A stretch of 64,000 nucleotides of DNA from Eledone cirrhosa (Eukaryota), in assembly GCA_964016885.1 (NCBI GenBank), contig OZ024748.1:50344001-50408000 (forward strand). Reading direction: 5' to 3'. Shown piece after piece: positions 1 through 16,829 of the stretch. Below the pieces are notes generated by a model. That model had not been told where the DNA came from and ran no database searches. It worked only from the letters and a program-made list of their open reading frames with translations. Position 1 is the first letter of the stretch, and each line of letters opens with the position of its first letter. The translations under genes and the position numbers were made by a program.

Positions 1-1585
<1,585 letters not shown>

Positions 1586-3235
1586 TATATAGATGCATGT
1601 ATATATGCCCCTATGTACATTCAAGGAAATATGTATATACTTTCTTTCAAACACACACAGCCACCTAAACATATATATTTACAAGTTCACGCATTCCCTT
1701 CTCTTCTCTCTCCTCCCTTGCACTCTTATTCTCTCTTATTTCTCCCCTATTGCATACTTTCTCTCCCCTTTTCACCTCATCTCTTTCTCTATCTCTTTGT
1801 AAGAACGTGACTTTGCTCATCACTGGAATCTCTCAACATCAATTGCTTAGTGTTCTCTTGACTCCAATGGATTTTCTTATTGTCTCATCTCCCAATGGCC
1901 AACCTCTCACATGTGATTACTCTATATTTGTATTAAGCAATATATATTAGCCACATAATTGACCAACTGACGTGTAAATCTCTCCGGCCAGTGGCCTTGC
2001 GTCACTGACTAACTAAACGAATGACTGGCTGACTGACCAACCAATTCTATTCAATTCATACTAAGTTCATAGTGGCATCATGAGTGAGTGACCATCAAAG
2101 AAAATTCTTCTTCGTCCAACTCCCATTTCTCCAACGCCTACTGACCAGACCAATCAATTTTTCTCTTTTACTACCTGCAAGCAATTCTCACTGGACACTG
2201 GTCAAGCAAAGGCGCGACCTAGTCGCTACTAAAATTCACAAATCACTTTAGTCTTCCTTTGACATAATTCCTGCCCACTTCGTCCTTAGATTATCCCGTG
2301 ACTTCCCACATCCCTCCAGTTGTCCACTTGTACACAAACACCTTGTATCCTTCGCTTTTCAAAGCTGACCAATCATTTCGTCCAGTACTTCCTTCATGAT
2401 CTTTCTTTCTTTCTTTCTTTCTTTCTCTCCTTCTCATTCATTCATTCGTTATTTCTTTCTTTCTTTAGGTTTTATTTATTCATTTATTTTTGTTATGAAA
2501 TGACCATCACTTGTCCGCTTGGTTCAATCACATCTTAGTATTTGTCTTCTATGTGGTGGGGATATACAAACGCCACATGTACCAGTGACCAATAATGACA
2601 CAGTACGTCACATGTTAGTGAAAGGCTTGACCAGTGAATGAATCCTTACTAGAGATAACCAGCTTTCCAGTGTTTCTGTGACGGGCGGACTAACAGTGTT
2701 AGTAGTAGTTCAACTACCGGAAGTAAATGACTGGACTCTCATTTCCTGAAAGAACAACAAACAGATGAAACATCGAATGTTATATAAGACTGTTAAAAAA
2801 GGTTAGGTTACACAACAGCAATAGGCATAACAACAACGACATCACTTTCACAAGCATCATCATCACCAGCAGAAGTACACAAATAAACATTACTTCTAGC
2901 AACAACAATAACAACAACAAACGTAGGTTATATAGTCACTACTGGCACTCGAAGGATTACATTAAACGGAACTATCACGACTGAAATTTCATCATCGCCA
3001 GCCATCATTATCATCGCCGTCGTCGTCATCATCAATATCAACATCATCACCATCATCAACATCATCACCATCATCATCATCATCATCATCATCACCATTA
3101 TCATTTTCATCGGCCTCACCTTCATTATTGTTTTCATCTCCACCACCTCCACTGCCACCTTCACCTTTGCCACGAACACACAACAACCATCACTATGTTT
3201 ATCATTAGCATCACCAGCATCACCTGCTGCTGCTG

Positions 3236-3293
<58 letters not shown>

Positions 3294-3304
3294 ATTTACT
3301 GCTG

Positions 3305-3344
<40 letters not shown>

Positions 3345-3355
3345 ATTTACCGCTG

Positions 3356-3435
<80 letters not shown>

Positions 3436-5635
3436 GCTGCTGCTGCTACTGATGTTATGGTTTTAATGAACATTTACACCAACAAGATCAAACTTACAAT
3501 ATGATTGTCACAAATCGAAAATAAATATGAAAACGGCAACAACAAAAAAAAAAACATGGATAAAAATGGATAGAAAAATAAATTAAAGAATCAATATATA
3601 TATGTAAAAAAAAAAAAATAAGGAATGTAATTCCGATATTTACCCCTGGAAACAGGGAACATTCCAAGAAGAAGAGAATGACCGACAATTTATAAAGAAA
3701 CTAACCATGACCCTCATCCCAGCCACCGAACTAAAACTTTCGAACTTCTTCTCCCTTCTTCAATGTGTTGACACGGTTCCATACGGAGTTATTTGTTCTC
3801 CAATACATTTAATACGTTTTTTTCTGATATTGGAACACACAAAGGCACGAAGTTTGTGTTTGTATGTATAGGGGTAGGTAGATGGGGTGGATGGGGTGGG
3901 TAATGGCTTCACATCCACCCCATCTCTCTCTTTCACTCCCTTTCTTTCTCTCACTTCTCTCTCTCTCACACTTCTCTCACTCTCTCCCCCCTCTCTCTTT
4001 CTTTCCACCCTCCCTCTCTCTTTCTCTCCCCATCCCTCTCTCTCTTTCTCTCTCTCACATACGCACACACTCTCTCCCTCTCCCCTACCCCCTCTCTCTC
4101 CGTCTCTCTCTCTCCTCCTCTCTCTCCCCGTCTCTGTCTCCCTCTCCCCCTCTCTGTCTCTCTCTCTCTCTTCCTCCCTCTCTGCTTGACTGCTAACTTA
4201 TTTTAATCGATCCCACTAGACGAAGATTAAAAGGTGAACAACAATAACAAAAAAATAATAATAATAATAATTAAATGTGTAATTCGGAGGGAGTTAAACT
4301 GGGAAGAGAGGGGAAGACAAGAAAATATTACTAGGAATATTGTCTGCCAGAGAAGATTCCTCTGCCATCAGTAATGCAGGTCATATAGCAACAAAAAAGG
4401 ACTAAGAAAATAAAGAGGAGACAAGATATTGTTGGTTTGTCTGTGGAATCAGGGATTTACATAATCTAGGCCTGTCACTGCCTGGAAACAGATTATAAAC
4501 TCTTCTTGGACATGATATAGTGAGATCTAATGTGGTGATGCTACTCTTCTTCTACACACATACATACATACACATACATACACACAGTCACAAACACACA
4601 CTCACAAACACACGTACACACACACGCACACACGCACAAACACACATACACACACATTCACACATATACACACATATACATACACACACACACACAGACA
4701 CTCATACACACACACACACACACACAGACACACACACTCACAAACGCATACATAGATAGACACATACACACACATACACACATACGCACGCATACACACA
4801 CAGAGACACACACGCACAGACACACAAACACCCACATGTATATATTTTTCTTGAACGAGGTCGGTACACACATCATTTCTCAACACAGACACTCACACAC
4901 GCTCACACACGCCTACACCCCCACTACACACACGCTCACACACGTTCACACACGCTCACACACGCTCACACACCCTCTACAGAGACGCTCACACACGCTC
5001 ATACACGCTCACACGCTCACACACCCTCTACATAGACGCTCACACACGTTCACACACGCTCACACACGCTCACACACCCTCTACAGAGACGCTCACACAC
5101 GCTCACACACGCTCACACGCTCACACACCCTCTACATAGACGCTCACACACGCTCACACACGCTCACACAGAAACTCTGTCTCTCTATTTTTCACACTTC
5201 ATAACGTAATACAGGTTTGTTGTCACGGATGTTAATCCCTCCCTTCTCCGATTCGCTCCATCAAAGCGGAACTAAGATGGAAAGCTTTCCAGTTGTGACA
5301 ATCGTATCTGTAATGAGATACAACATTGTTTCATGTTCTCATTTTTTAGGCAATAGGATGTAGTTTGAGGGATGTTTGGCTGCTATTTCTATTATATCTA
5401 GAAAGTTCATAGACGGACATTCAATAGCTCATGTTGTTGTATTTATCGTTTACTACTGGGTTAGCCTAATTAAGTAAATCTTTTATCAACGACATCCCAT
5501 TCATAACATAGCCGACTTTCTGTATGTATAACTTCAAAAACATTTCGGCCAGTGTTGGCCCAGGCCATGTCTAACTTAATAGCACGACCTATTTTCCCTT
5601 TTTTCTCCCAATATTTGTGTAGGAGTGATTATATG

Positions 5636-6339
5636 TATGGGAGTCGACTGAAAAGTTCATAGTTCATAAGCTGATTATGAAGGATTGAAGCTAAAGCTGT
5701 GAAATCTTACATGTATTAATTTCGACCCTTATTAATAACTGCATTGTTTCTTTCCAAAAAAAATAAACCTCATTTGGTCATTCTGTGAGAGTATCTTGGT
5801 CAGCCTATGAATGTTTTTGCCTATGAACCTTTCAGCTGACCCACGTATCTGTAGATTTATCATACAGTTCAGAATATAGATAGTACCTTCTTTAAAAAAA
5901 AAAAAATGGCAGCCAGTTGGCCGGACAAAATAAACGGCAACATTCGTCCTTCTATGTTCAGAGTTCAGTTTCCATTGGTGTCTACTTCATATTTCATTTA
6001 TCGATGTTACCATTAAAAACCTCTACAACTATTTGTGCTTCTCGAAATGAAAGGATCTCCGTCGGTCTCGGCGGTATGTATTTAGTTGTTTTATCAACTG
6101 AACTATTTTCATATTGAATTAACGTGTATGTGACTGAGTATTCCGCAATCAACTACGAGGGCCGGCTGACTGTGAAGGAGTAATGCTAGAGCTGTTAAAT
6201 CTAGCATGCATTAATTTCAACTCTTCTTATTAATAGCTGTATTGTTTCTTTCCAGGGACTCGTTTGAAAAATAAACGACATTTGGTCAATCCATGAGAGT
6301 ATCATGGTCAGCCTATAAACTTTTCTTCCGATCCTCGTA
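5636..6339. mobile_element. Two decayed Tc1/mariner-type MITEs (5636-5847 and 6154-6339)
   Basis: Termini of the form TACGAGGG.CGGCTGA(AAAGTTCATAG)...CTAT.AAC.TTTC..C.GA.CC.CGTA. The two copies share an internal body and have TA ends. Confidence 0.6.
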
Positions 6340-6589
6340 TATTCGTTGGGTAATACTTAAAGTTAGAGGTATATTCCATCGACGGGCTTCTGTACAGTTG
6401 CTGTCAATACAATTTCACGTCAGAAATGGACTATTCTGGTCACCCCTTCATATAGATTAGCTGCAGTAAGTGACAGTTAACTCTTCTAGAAACGACTGTA
6501 ATATCTCCCTGTTAAATAAGAACACCTTAGCAAGTGTGGTCCTGCATGCACCGTGCCAGTAGTTATTACTACCCACCCCACCACCACAA

Positions 6590-6621
6590 CCAGGACAACA
6601 ACAACAACAACAACAACAACA

Positions 6622-6687
<66 letters not shown>

Positions 6688-6703
6688 GCTGTTGCTGCTG
6701 CTG

Positions 6704-6735
<32 letters not shown>

Positions 6736-6754
6736 GCTGCTGTTGCTGCTGCTG

Positions 6755-6809
<55 letters not shown>

Positions 6810-9800
6810 GACGACGACGTTGACTAAGACGGCCAACGCCACCACCACCACAACAACCACGACCCACTACTACTGCTACTACTTTTACGACAAGTACGAC
6901 GACCCCCCCCCACTCCCATCACTCCCGTCACTCCCACTACTACCTTTCCCACCACTCCCACAACTATTTCTCCCATCACTCACACTACTACCTCTCCCAC
7001 CACTCCCACAACTACCTCTCCCACGACTCCCACTACTACTTCTCCCACCACTCCCACTACTGCCTCTCCCACCACTTCCACTACTACCTCTCCCCCTCAC
7101 TCCCACTACTACTTCCCCCACCACTTCCACTACTACCTCTTCCGCCACTCCCACTACTACTTCCCCCACCACTCCCACTAATATCTCTCCCACCACTCCC
7201 ACTACTACTTCCCCCACCACTCCCACTACTATCTCTCCCACCACTACCACTACTACCATCACGCACCTGTCTCACTCCTCACCTTCACCTCCACCAACAC
7301 ACATCCACATTCCCATCAATACTCCCCATACCATCATCACTCCCCCTACCCCCATCACTCCCACCACCATCAAGTCCACAACCATCACCCCCCATCACCC
7401 CCTTCCCCCATCACCACAATCAGCCCCACCCCGACCATCATCATCCCCGTAGCCTCACTTCATTGTCTCTAACACCACCCATATCAAATGCACCAACCTT
7501 ACCACCTTTCTACGCCACCACCACCATCACCCCATATTATCCCCACCACCATCATTACCATCTTTCCTACCCCTCCTTCACCCTCCCTCATCAGCCTCAC
7601 TACCATCACCACTACCATCCCAATCATCACGACTACCATCATCACCATCACACATCCCACCATTTAGCCAGCGCCCTGTCATTGCTCTCTTCCTGCCGTA
7701 ACCCCCCCCCCCCCCGCCGTACTCACCACTCTTACCACCCCCACCCTCACTACCCTCCACCATCACCACCATCACCACATTCATTGCCATCACCATTAGC
7801 CACCGTCGTCACAAATTCATTCTTCACCACCAACACCCTACACACCCCACTACTACCACTACTCTCTTCGTGTCATAACTCTTCCATGCCCATCCTCACC
7901 ACCATCAACCTCTACACCATCAACTTCCCCACCATCACCCTCGTCACCATCACCCACCCCACCATCACCCTCGTCACCATCACCCTCCCCACCATCACCC
8001 TCGTCACCATCAGCCTCCCCACACCACCACCCAATTACCAACACTCTGTACTACCCCACCATTATGCCTGTCCCCTTCATCACCACTAACACCATCACCA
8101 CAACCCACCATCACCACCACTAACACCATCACCACAACCCACGACCACCACCACTAACACCATCACCACAACCCACCATCACCACCACTAACACCATCAC
8201 CACAACCCACACTCACCACCACTAACACCATCACCACAACCCACGACCACCACCACTAACACCATCACCACAACCCACCATCACCACCACTAACACCATC
8301 ACCACAACCCACACTCACCACCACTAACACCATCACCACAACCCACCATCACCACCACTAACACCATCACCACAACCCTCCACCACCACCACTAACACCA
8401 TCACCACAACCCACCATCACCACCACTAACACCATCACCACAACCCACACTCACCACCACTAACACCATCACCACAACCCACCATCACCACCACTAACAC
8501 CATCACCACAACCCACCATCACCACAACCCACCATCACCACCACTAACACCATCAGCACAACCCACCATCACCACCACTAACACCATCACCACAACCCAC
8601 GACCACCACCACTAACACCATCACCACAACCCTCCACCACCACCACTAACACCATCACCACAACCCACCATCACCACCACTAACACCATCACCACAACCC
8701 ACACTCACCACCACTAACACCATCACCACAACCCACCATCACCACCACTAACACCATCACCACAACCCACCATCACCACAACCCACCATCACCACCACTA
8801 ACACCATCACCACAACCCTCCACCACCACCACTAACACCATCACCACAACCCACCATCACCACCACTAACACCATCACCACAACCCTCCACCACCACCAC
8901 TAACACCATCACCACAACCCACCATCACCACCACTAACACCATCACCACAACCCACCATCACCACAACCCACCATCACCACCACTAACACCATCACCACA
9001 ACCCACCATCACCACAACCCACCATCACCACCACTAACACCATCACCACAACCCACCATCACCACAACCCACCATCACCACCACTAACACCATCACCACA
9101 ACCCACCATCACCACCACTAACACCATCACCACAACCCACCATCACCACCACTAACACCATCACCACAACCCACCATCACCACCACTAACACCATCACCA
9201 CAACCCACCATCACCACCACTAACACCATCCCCACAACCCACCATCACCACCACTAACACCATCACCACAACCCACCATCACCACCACTAACACCATCAC
9301 CACAACCCACCATCACCACCACCAACACCATCACCACAACCCACCATCACCACCACTAACACCATCACCGCAACCCACCATCACCACCACTAACACCACC
9401 ACCACCACTAACACCATCCCCACAACCCACCATCACCACCACTAACACCATCACCGCAATCCACCATCACCACCACTAGCACCATCACCGCAACCCACCA
9501 TCACCACCACTAGCACCATCACCACAACCCACCATGACCACCACTAACACCATCACCACAATCCACCATCACCACTAACACCATCACCACCACTATCACC
9601 ATCACCACCCCCACCATCACTGCACCATAATTACCACCACCAACACCATCACTGTACAATCCCAACAACCCATTATAACGACACCACCATCACCTCTACC
9701 CAGCATCACTACACCCTCATCACCCTACAAACACCATCATCACGACCCTCCATCACTACAACCCACCACCACCACCAGCTCTACCACCACCACCGCCGCC

Positions 9801-11222
9801 AACAACACCATCAGCACCCCCACAACATCCACCGCCACCACCAACACCACCACCACCACACCACTACTACAAACATGATCATCACAATCCACCACCACAA
9901 CAACAACCACCACCACAAGCACCACCACCACCGCCACCGCCACCACGACCCACCACCACCGCCACCACGACCCACCACCTCAACCACCGCAACCACCACC
10001 ACCACAACCATTACCACGACCTCCCCCACCTCACCACCACCACCAGACCATCATCATCACCACTACACCACCATCACCCCCCACTAATCCCCCTTCCCCC
10101 GCCGCCGCCACCACCACCACCACCACCACCACACCACCACGTCCACCGCCGCCACCACCACCACCACCACAACCATTACCACGACTCCCCACCACATCAC
10201 CACTACCTCTATCACCACCACCACCACTATCACCATCACCACCATCGACACCACCACCACCAGACCACCATCATCATCACCACTACACGACAATCACTAA
10301 AGCACCACCGACACCACTACCCTCTCCTCCCGTCCGCTGCCGCCACCACCACCACCACCACAACCATTACCACAACTCCCCACAACCATCACCACTACCT
10401 CTATCACCACCACCACCACCACCACCACCACCACCACACCACTACCACCACTATCACCAACACCACCACCACAACCATTACCACGACTCTCCACCACACC
10501 ACCACCACCACACCACCACCACTATCACCACACCACCACAACCACACCACCACAACCACTATCACCAACACCACCACCACAACCATTACCACGACTCCCC
10601 ACCACACCACCACCACACCACCACCACTATCACCACACCACCACCACCACACCACCACCACCACTATCACCAACACCACCACCACCACAACCACACCACC
10701 ACCACCACTATCACCAACACCACCACCACACCACCACCACCACACCACCACCACACCACCAACACCACCACCACACCACCACCACCACACCACCACACCA
10801 CCAACACCACTACCACCACCACCACCACACCACCACCACCACACCACCACCACACCACCACCACCACCACACCACTACCACACCACCACCACACCACCAC
10901 CACCACCACTATCACCACACCGCCACCACCACACCACCACCACACCAACACCACCACTATCACCACACCACCACCACCACACCACCACCACACCACCACC
11001 ACCACACCACCACCACACCACCACCACCACACCACCACCACCACACCACCACACCACCACCACCACACTACCACCACCACCACACCACCACCACCACCAC
11101 ACCACCACAACCACCACCACACCACCACACCACCACCACACCACCACACCACCACCACCACACCACCACCACCACACCACCACCACCACCACACCACCAC
11201 CACCACACCACCACCACCACCG
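6590..11222. repeat. C/A-rich low-complexity block: (CAA)n, (CTA)n, (CCA)n
   Basis: Trinucleotide and derived repeats with a strong C-over-G skew on the + strand. Confidence 0.9.
8081..9580. repeat. 34-bp minisatellite, roughly 40 units
   Basis: Unit CACCACTAACACCATCACCACAACCCACCATCAC, with interspersed variants and 16-nt internal duplications. Confidence 0.9.
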
Positions 11223-12484
11223 ACAGGCCATCATCATTAGAGACTGTATGGTATGACGCACAACTCAAGCGTTATTCCTATGTATTATATATGTTCCATA
11301 CAGTTTACAATAATTGCAGCCCTGTCATCTTAACGTATAACACTTACCAAATATATTACATTCCATCTGAGCCAGTTAAGCGTATTATTTGATTAGTAAA
11401 ATAAAGCTCAACTTAGTATAATGTAGTTTAACTTATGATAAAACTAGTATAATAATCTCTAACTTATTATAATGTGGTTCTACATATACAATTTAATTTA
11501 GGGTAGAATTTAGTTTAACCTATTTCATAGTGAATGCAATTAAATTTAACATAATAGAAAGTTGACGCAAGGAAATTTAACTTAGTGTAATGTTAGTTAA
11601 ATGATGTCTAACTTGTGAACGTAATATAATCGTGTTTAAATTATTACGTTAGTATAATAGATTTAATAGTATACATATTATAAAATTTGTTTAGTTTAGT
11701 TTAACTTTAAACATTTTTGTAAAGAAATATAACTTGTAATAATGTTAATATAGTATGAAGACATTTAACTTATAATGCTAGTTAAATGATATTTACTATT
11801 TACTATAATTAAAATTTAAGTATTACGTTAGTATAATGAAGATCAATTTTTAAAGATAGAAGAAAGAATAAACTTATAAAGTTTGTACAATTTAGTAACA
11901 TGGTTAGTATATTAAAATTTAACAAATGCTAAAGTCACTATAATTAGGTATGATATTTTAATTAGTTTATTATAATGCGTTTTAATATGTCACGGAGTTA
12001 GTACAGTTCTGTATAAAATATTCATTAAAACATAATATGTACTTGTTAGAGCATAGAAGGAATTAAACAGAGTATCAGAGCCAGCAAATTATCGGTCACC
12101 AGATCGTCATATCTTAGAAGGAAACATATACCCGAACATCGAGTCTCCCCCAACTTCCTTTACATTAATCAGATGATATCTGAAAGAGAATTCCAGTATG
12201 TTCAACGATAGGGGTCCATCCGAAGCATCTGTTCCAGTCGTGTAATAACAATTTACGTGAAATTCTAACAATCTACGCAACCATTCTCACATTCCATGCT
12301 TCTATCCAGATAAAATAAACTACCCGAACAAAAATGCTTCAAGCTTGTCACTCCGTCCGTCCATACGTCGTCCAAATCATCTAACCTTCCATACACAACT
12401 CCAATTGTCTGTCCGTTTATGTGTCCAAAGTACACAGTCATTTACTCATCTTTCCATGCATGCATCCATCCTTCCACCCTCCCT

Positions 12485-12569
<85 letters not shown>

Positions 12570-12686
12570 ATCTATCTATTTATCTATCTATCTAATTATC
12601 TATCTATCTATGTCTATTTATTTATCTATCTATCGTTCTATGTATATATCTATCTTTTAATGTGTCTATCTACCTATCTATCTACC

Positions 12687-12750
<64 letters not shown>

Positions 12751-13096
12751 GATATAGCAATCTATCCATTTGACTGTCCATCCGTCCGTCCATTTATTTA
12801 TCCAAGTATCCAGTTAGCCAGCCAACCTCTAAACCAGCCAGCTATCTCGCCACACATCCATCCAGGTCTCCACCCAACACCTAATTTGTTATTACGTGCA
12901 TTTCTACATGGAGTCAATTGCCGGCATGTCTCGCATGCAACCAACAGACGCAGCCGAGCAGACGACCAACGGGATCAGTCCCGGCCAGAGTAATATCCCT
13001 AACTGTACCAGAGAACAGATAATCAATAAAATGTGTATGTATGTAGGTATATATATATATATATATATACATACATATATATATATATGTATGTAT

Positions 13097-13170
<74 letters not shown>

Positions 13171-13318
13171 CCATGTGAACTATAACGCACCAGAGTACTC
13201 GATACTTAGTGTAGTAGAGTGGGAAAAGAGTCAGGACCCCGACGGCTGAGCTCCGGCCGGTTCGACAGATCTAGCTGTCAAACCGGCCGGAGCTCAGCCG
13301 CCGGGGTCCTGACTATTT

Positions 13319-13355
<37 letters not shown>

Positions 13356-13359
<4 letters not shown>

Positions 13360-13626
13360 AACGTTTGTATATGTATAATAAAGCCAAAACAATGCAGGTA
13401 TGGACATAGAATAAAGAATGCAAATGCAAAAGATATTGTTGACAATTAGTCTTTTACCTTAGATTTATTTAAATAAATCTAATGTAAAAGACTAATTGTC
13501 AACAATATCTTTTGCATTTGCATTCTTTATTCTATGTCCATACCTGCATTGTTTTGGCTTTATTATACATATACAAACGTTTATACCTCATTACACAATG
13601 CTTCAAGTGAACTATAACCTCCTCCA
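13356..13626. repeat. Near-perfect ~230 bp palindrome plus ~40 nt unpaired tail, between (TA)n tracts
   Basis: Arms 13356-13470 and 13471-13585 are reverse complements with no loop and about one mismatch. The tail CCTCATTACAC...CCTCC is followed by TA repeats. Confidence 0.9.
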
Positions 13627-14262
13627 TATATATATATATATATATACATATAAATATATATACACACACACATATAAAATAGGCAACATCTCCTCAGAAC
13701 AAATTGAAACATAAGGGTTATTTCTTGGGTCGAAACTGTTTCAGACTGAAATTCGATGAAGAAAAAATGAATTAGAAAGTGGAAAAGTGAAGAACAAAAA
13801 TCCTTAAAAGTCAAATAATTATAATAATGATGATGACGAAAATAGTTCATAATAATAATAATTGTTTCAACTTTTGGCACAAGGCCAGCAATCACCCAGT
13901 ACATTACTGGTACTTTATTTTATCGACCCCGTAAGGATGAAAGGCAAAGTTAAATATTAATGATGATGATGATAATAATATTGTTAGTAGTATTGGTAGT
14001 ATTATCGGGCAAGTAACTATCAGCAATGCAGTACATGTAAAGACAAATAAGAAGAAAAATGAAATATTGTATATAGAAGACATTTTGAAGAAGAGAGCAA
14101 AATGTGGGAAACAAGGACATGAAAACAAATTTGAAAAAATATACGGTTAAATGTAAGATATTCGCCAGACATTACACAGTCATGGACATTAAACACAGAC
14201 AACACACACATGCACACATATACACACACACACACATGTATTTTTGCATACATATATATATG

Positions 14263-14305
<43 letters not shown>

Positions 14306-14398
14306 GTATACACTTAATAGTACACACGTCCTGTAACAGCGTGACATATGTCATAATCCACACGTTATTACGTTAACACACACACATGCCCATATATA

Positions 14399-14465
<67 letters not shown>

Positions 14466-14539
14466 TATATATATGTATATATATATATATACATATATAT
14501 ATGTATGGATGTGTATACATATATATATGTATGGATGTG

Positions 14540-14571
<32 letters not shown>

Positions 14572-14980
14572 TATGTTTTATGTATGTATATATATATATA
14601 CATATATGTGTGTATGTATGTATGTATGTTTATATGCATGTATATATGTATATATATATATACATATATATCCACCAGAAAGAAAATAATGCACACAAAA
14701 AAAACAAAAAGCCCCAGAAATTATTGGAACGAGTATACACATTCACTCAATTGGCGTCAGAAATTAGGAACAGGGGTTAAAACTTAAAAGCAAAGAGCAA
14801 ATGCACAAAATGTGTAGAGCAGTGAGAAAATAAAAATACAAACTGACACACACCAACACATATGCAGACTCACGTTGATACACGTGCATTCATACATATT
14901 TACACACATGTACATATAACGACACTAAACAAAGTAACAAAAAAATAGAGAAAGAAAATAGCAAACGCGACACAAAAATA

Positions 14981-15027
<47 letters not shown>

Positions 15028-15032
15028 CATGT

Positions 15033-15081
<49 letters not shown>

Positions 15082-15408
15082 GATATATATATATATATGT
15101 ATATATATACATATGTATATATATATTAAAAAGTATAAATATGATTATAAATAAGACGCGAAAATGGCGGAAAAAATAGGAAAAATATATGAACGACAAC
15201 GGGGTTTGTAATGGGGGAGACGTTATGTGTGGCATGGCTATGGCGATAAACGAAATATAAAGAAAACCTGGATAAAAGAGAAAGATTGCAGAAAATATAA
15301 CAAGGAATAAAGATGACAAAATGAAAAGAGGTAGAAGGTGAAAAAATGTACGAAGAAGAATAAATTCTGTTTCCTTTTGTTTTTTCTTACACCTCTAGCA
15401 TATTAATA

Positions 15409-15439
<31 letters not shown>

Positions 15440-15454
15440 GCTTGTGTGTGCGTA

Positions 15455-15500
<46 letters not shown>

Positions 15501-15620
15501 GTAGACACGTATAGATACATATATCCATACATTTATATATATAAATAAATATTTTTATATATGTGTATATAGATATATACATACATATATACATATATAC
15601 ATATATACATATATATAAAT

Positions 15621-15653
<33 letters not shown>

Positions 15654-15680
15654 CACACACGCACACACACACACACACAC

Positions 15681-15745
<65 letters not shown>

Positions 15746-16444
15746 TATATATATAGATGTATCTATACGTGTCTAGCATTATCACGCGTCTATTGACATA
15801 GCTGTGACAGGATTACAGTTTTAAAATATACATATAGGGACTTATACATACGCATATCGTGTATACTTTCGTGTACGTACCTACATATAGGTCTTCGTTC
15901 ATAAATACATACTTACATACCATATATACTTATATACATATATACATACATCCGCACACACATAAAGATCAGGCCAGTTGCTAGACTTTGGTGCAAGGTA
16001 TGTAGTTGGGGTTGGATTTTCAAAAACATTCCTTAAGGTGGGGGACAGGACACTCTTTCGGGGAGAATCTATTTCAAAGCATTTTTTTTTTATTAACTCC
16101 TTTTTCTAAACTTGAGATTGCAAGCAGTGAAATCCAGTGACACCGCCCCCGCCTCGACTTCGTTGACCATAGGCAGGTCTCGATCTATCGAGTGGGGCGG
16201 GATGGTGGGGCTTATAGGAGAATTCCCTGCCCCCTATGAAATAGCCCCCACTCTAAACAGGGCCCCAACTTCAAACAGAAATCCTGCTATCTTTTGTCAA
16301 TGATGATGCTTAATGTGTATATATATTTACTTGCGTGTATGTACACAATAATCACTCCTATACCACCTCCATTATTTGACCTCATGACCTGGTAGTGGGC
16401 TGATGTATTTGAAGAAAGTCGAAAATTTGCCGCTATTCAGTCAC

Positions 16445-16518
<74 letters not shown>

Positions 16519-16548
16519 CCTGCTCTCGTCTTACTTATGTGTTTATGC

Positions 16549-16756
<208 letters not shown>

Positions 16757-16829
16757 TGTATGTGTATGTGTGTGTGCGTGTGTGTGTGTGTTTGTGTGTT
16801 GTTGTTATATGAGGGCCGCATCAAACCTG

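Noticed and set aside
2740-2780. CTGAAAGA...GAAACATC hammerhead-like string (similar weak case at ~59700)
   Set aside because: There are no convincing stems, so it is too degenerate to call.
6553-8089. Mucin/extensin-like Thr/Pro-rich ORFs (299 and 208 aa)
   Set aside because: C/A-rich repeats lack stop codons by composition, and no signal peptide or splice context is evident.
8081-9580. CRISPR-like 34-bp periodic array
   Set aside because: The units are contiguous with no unique spacers, there are no cas genes and the context is eukaryotic. It is a minisatellite.
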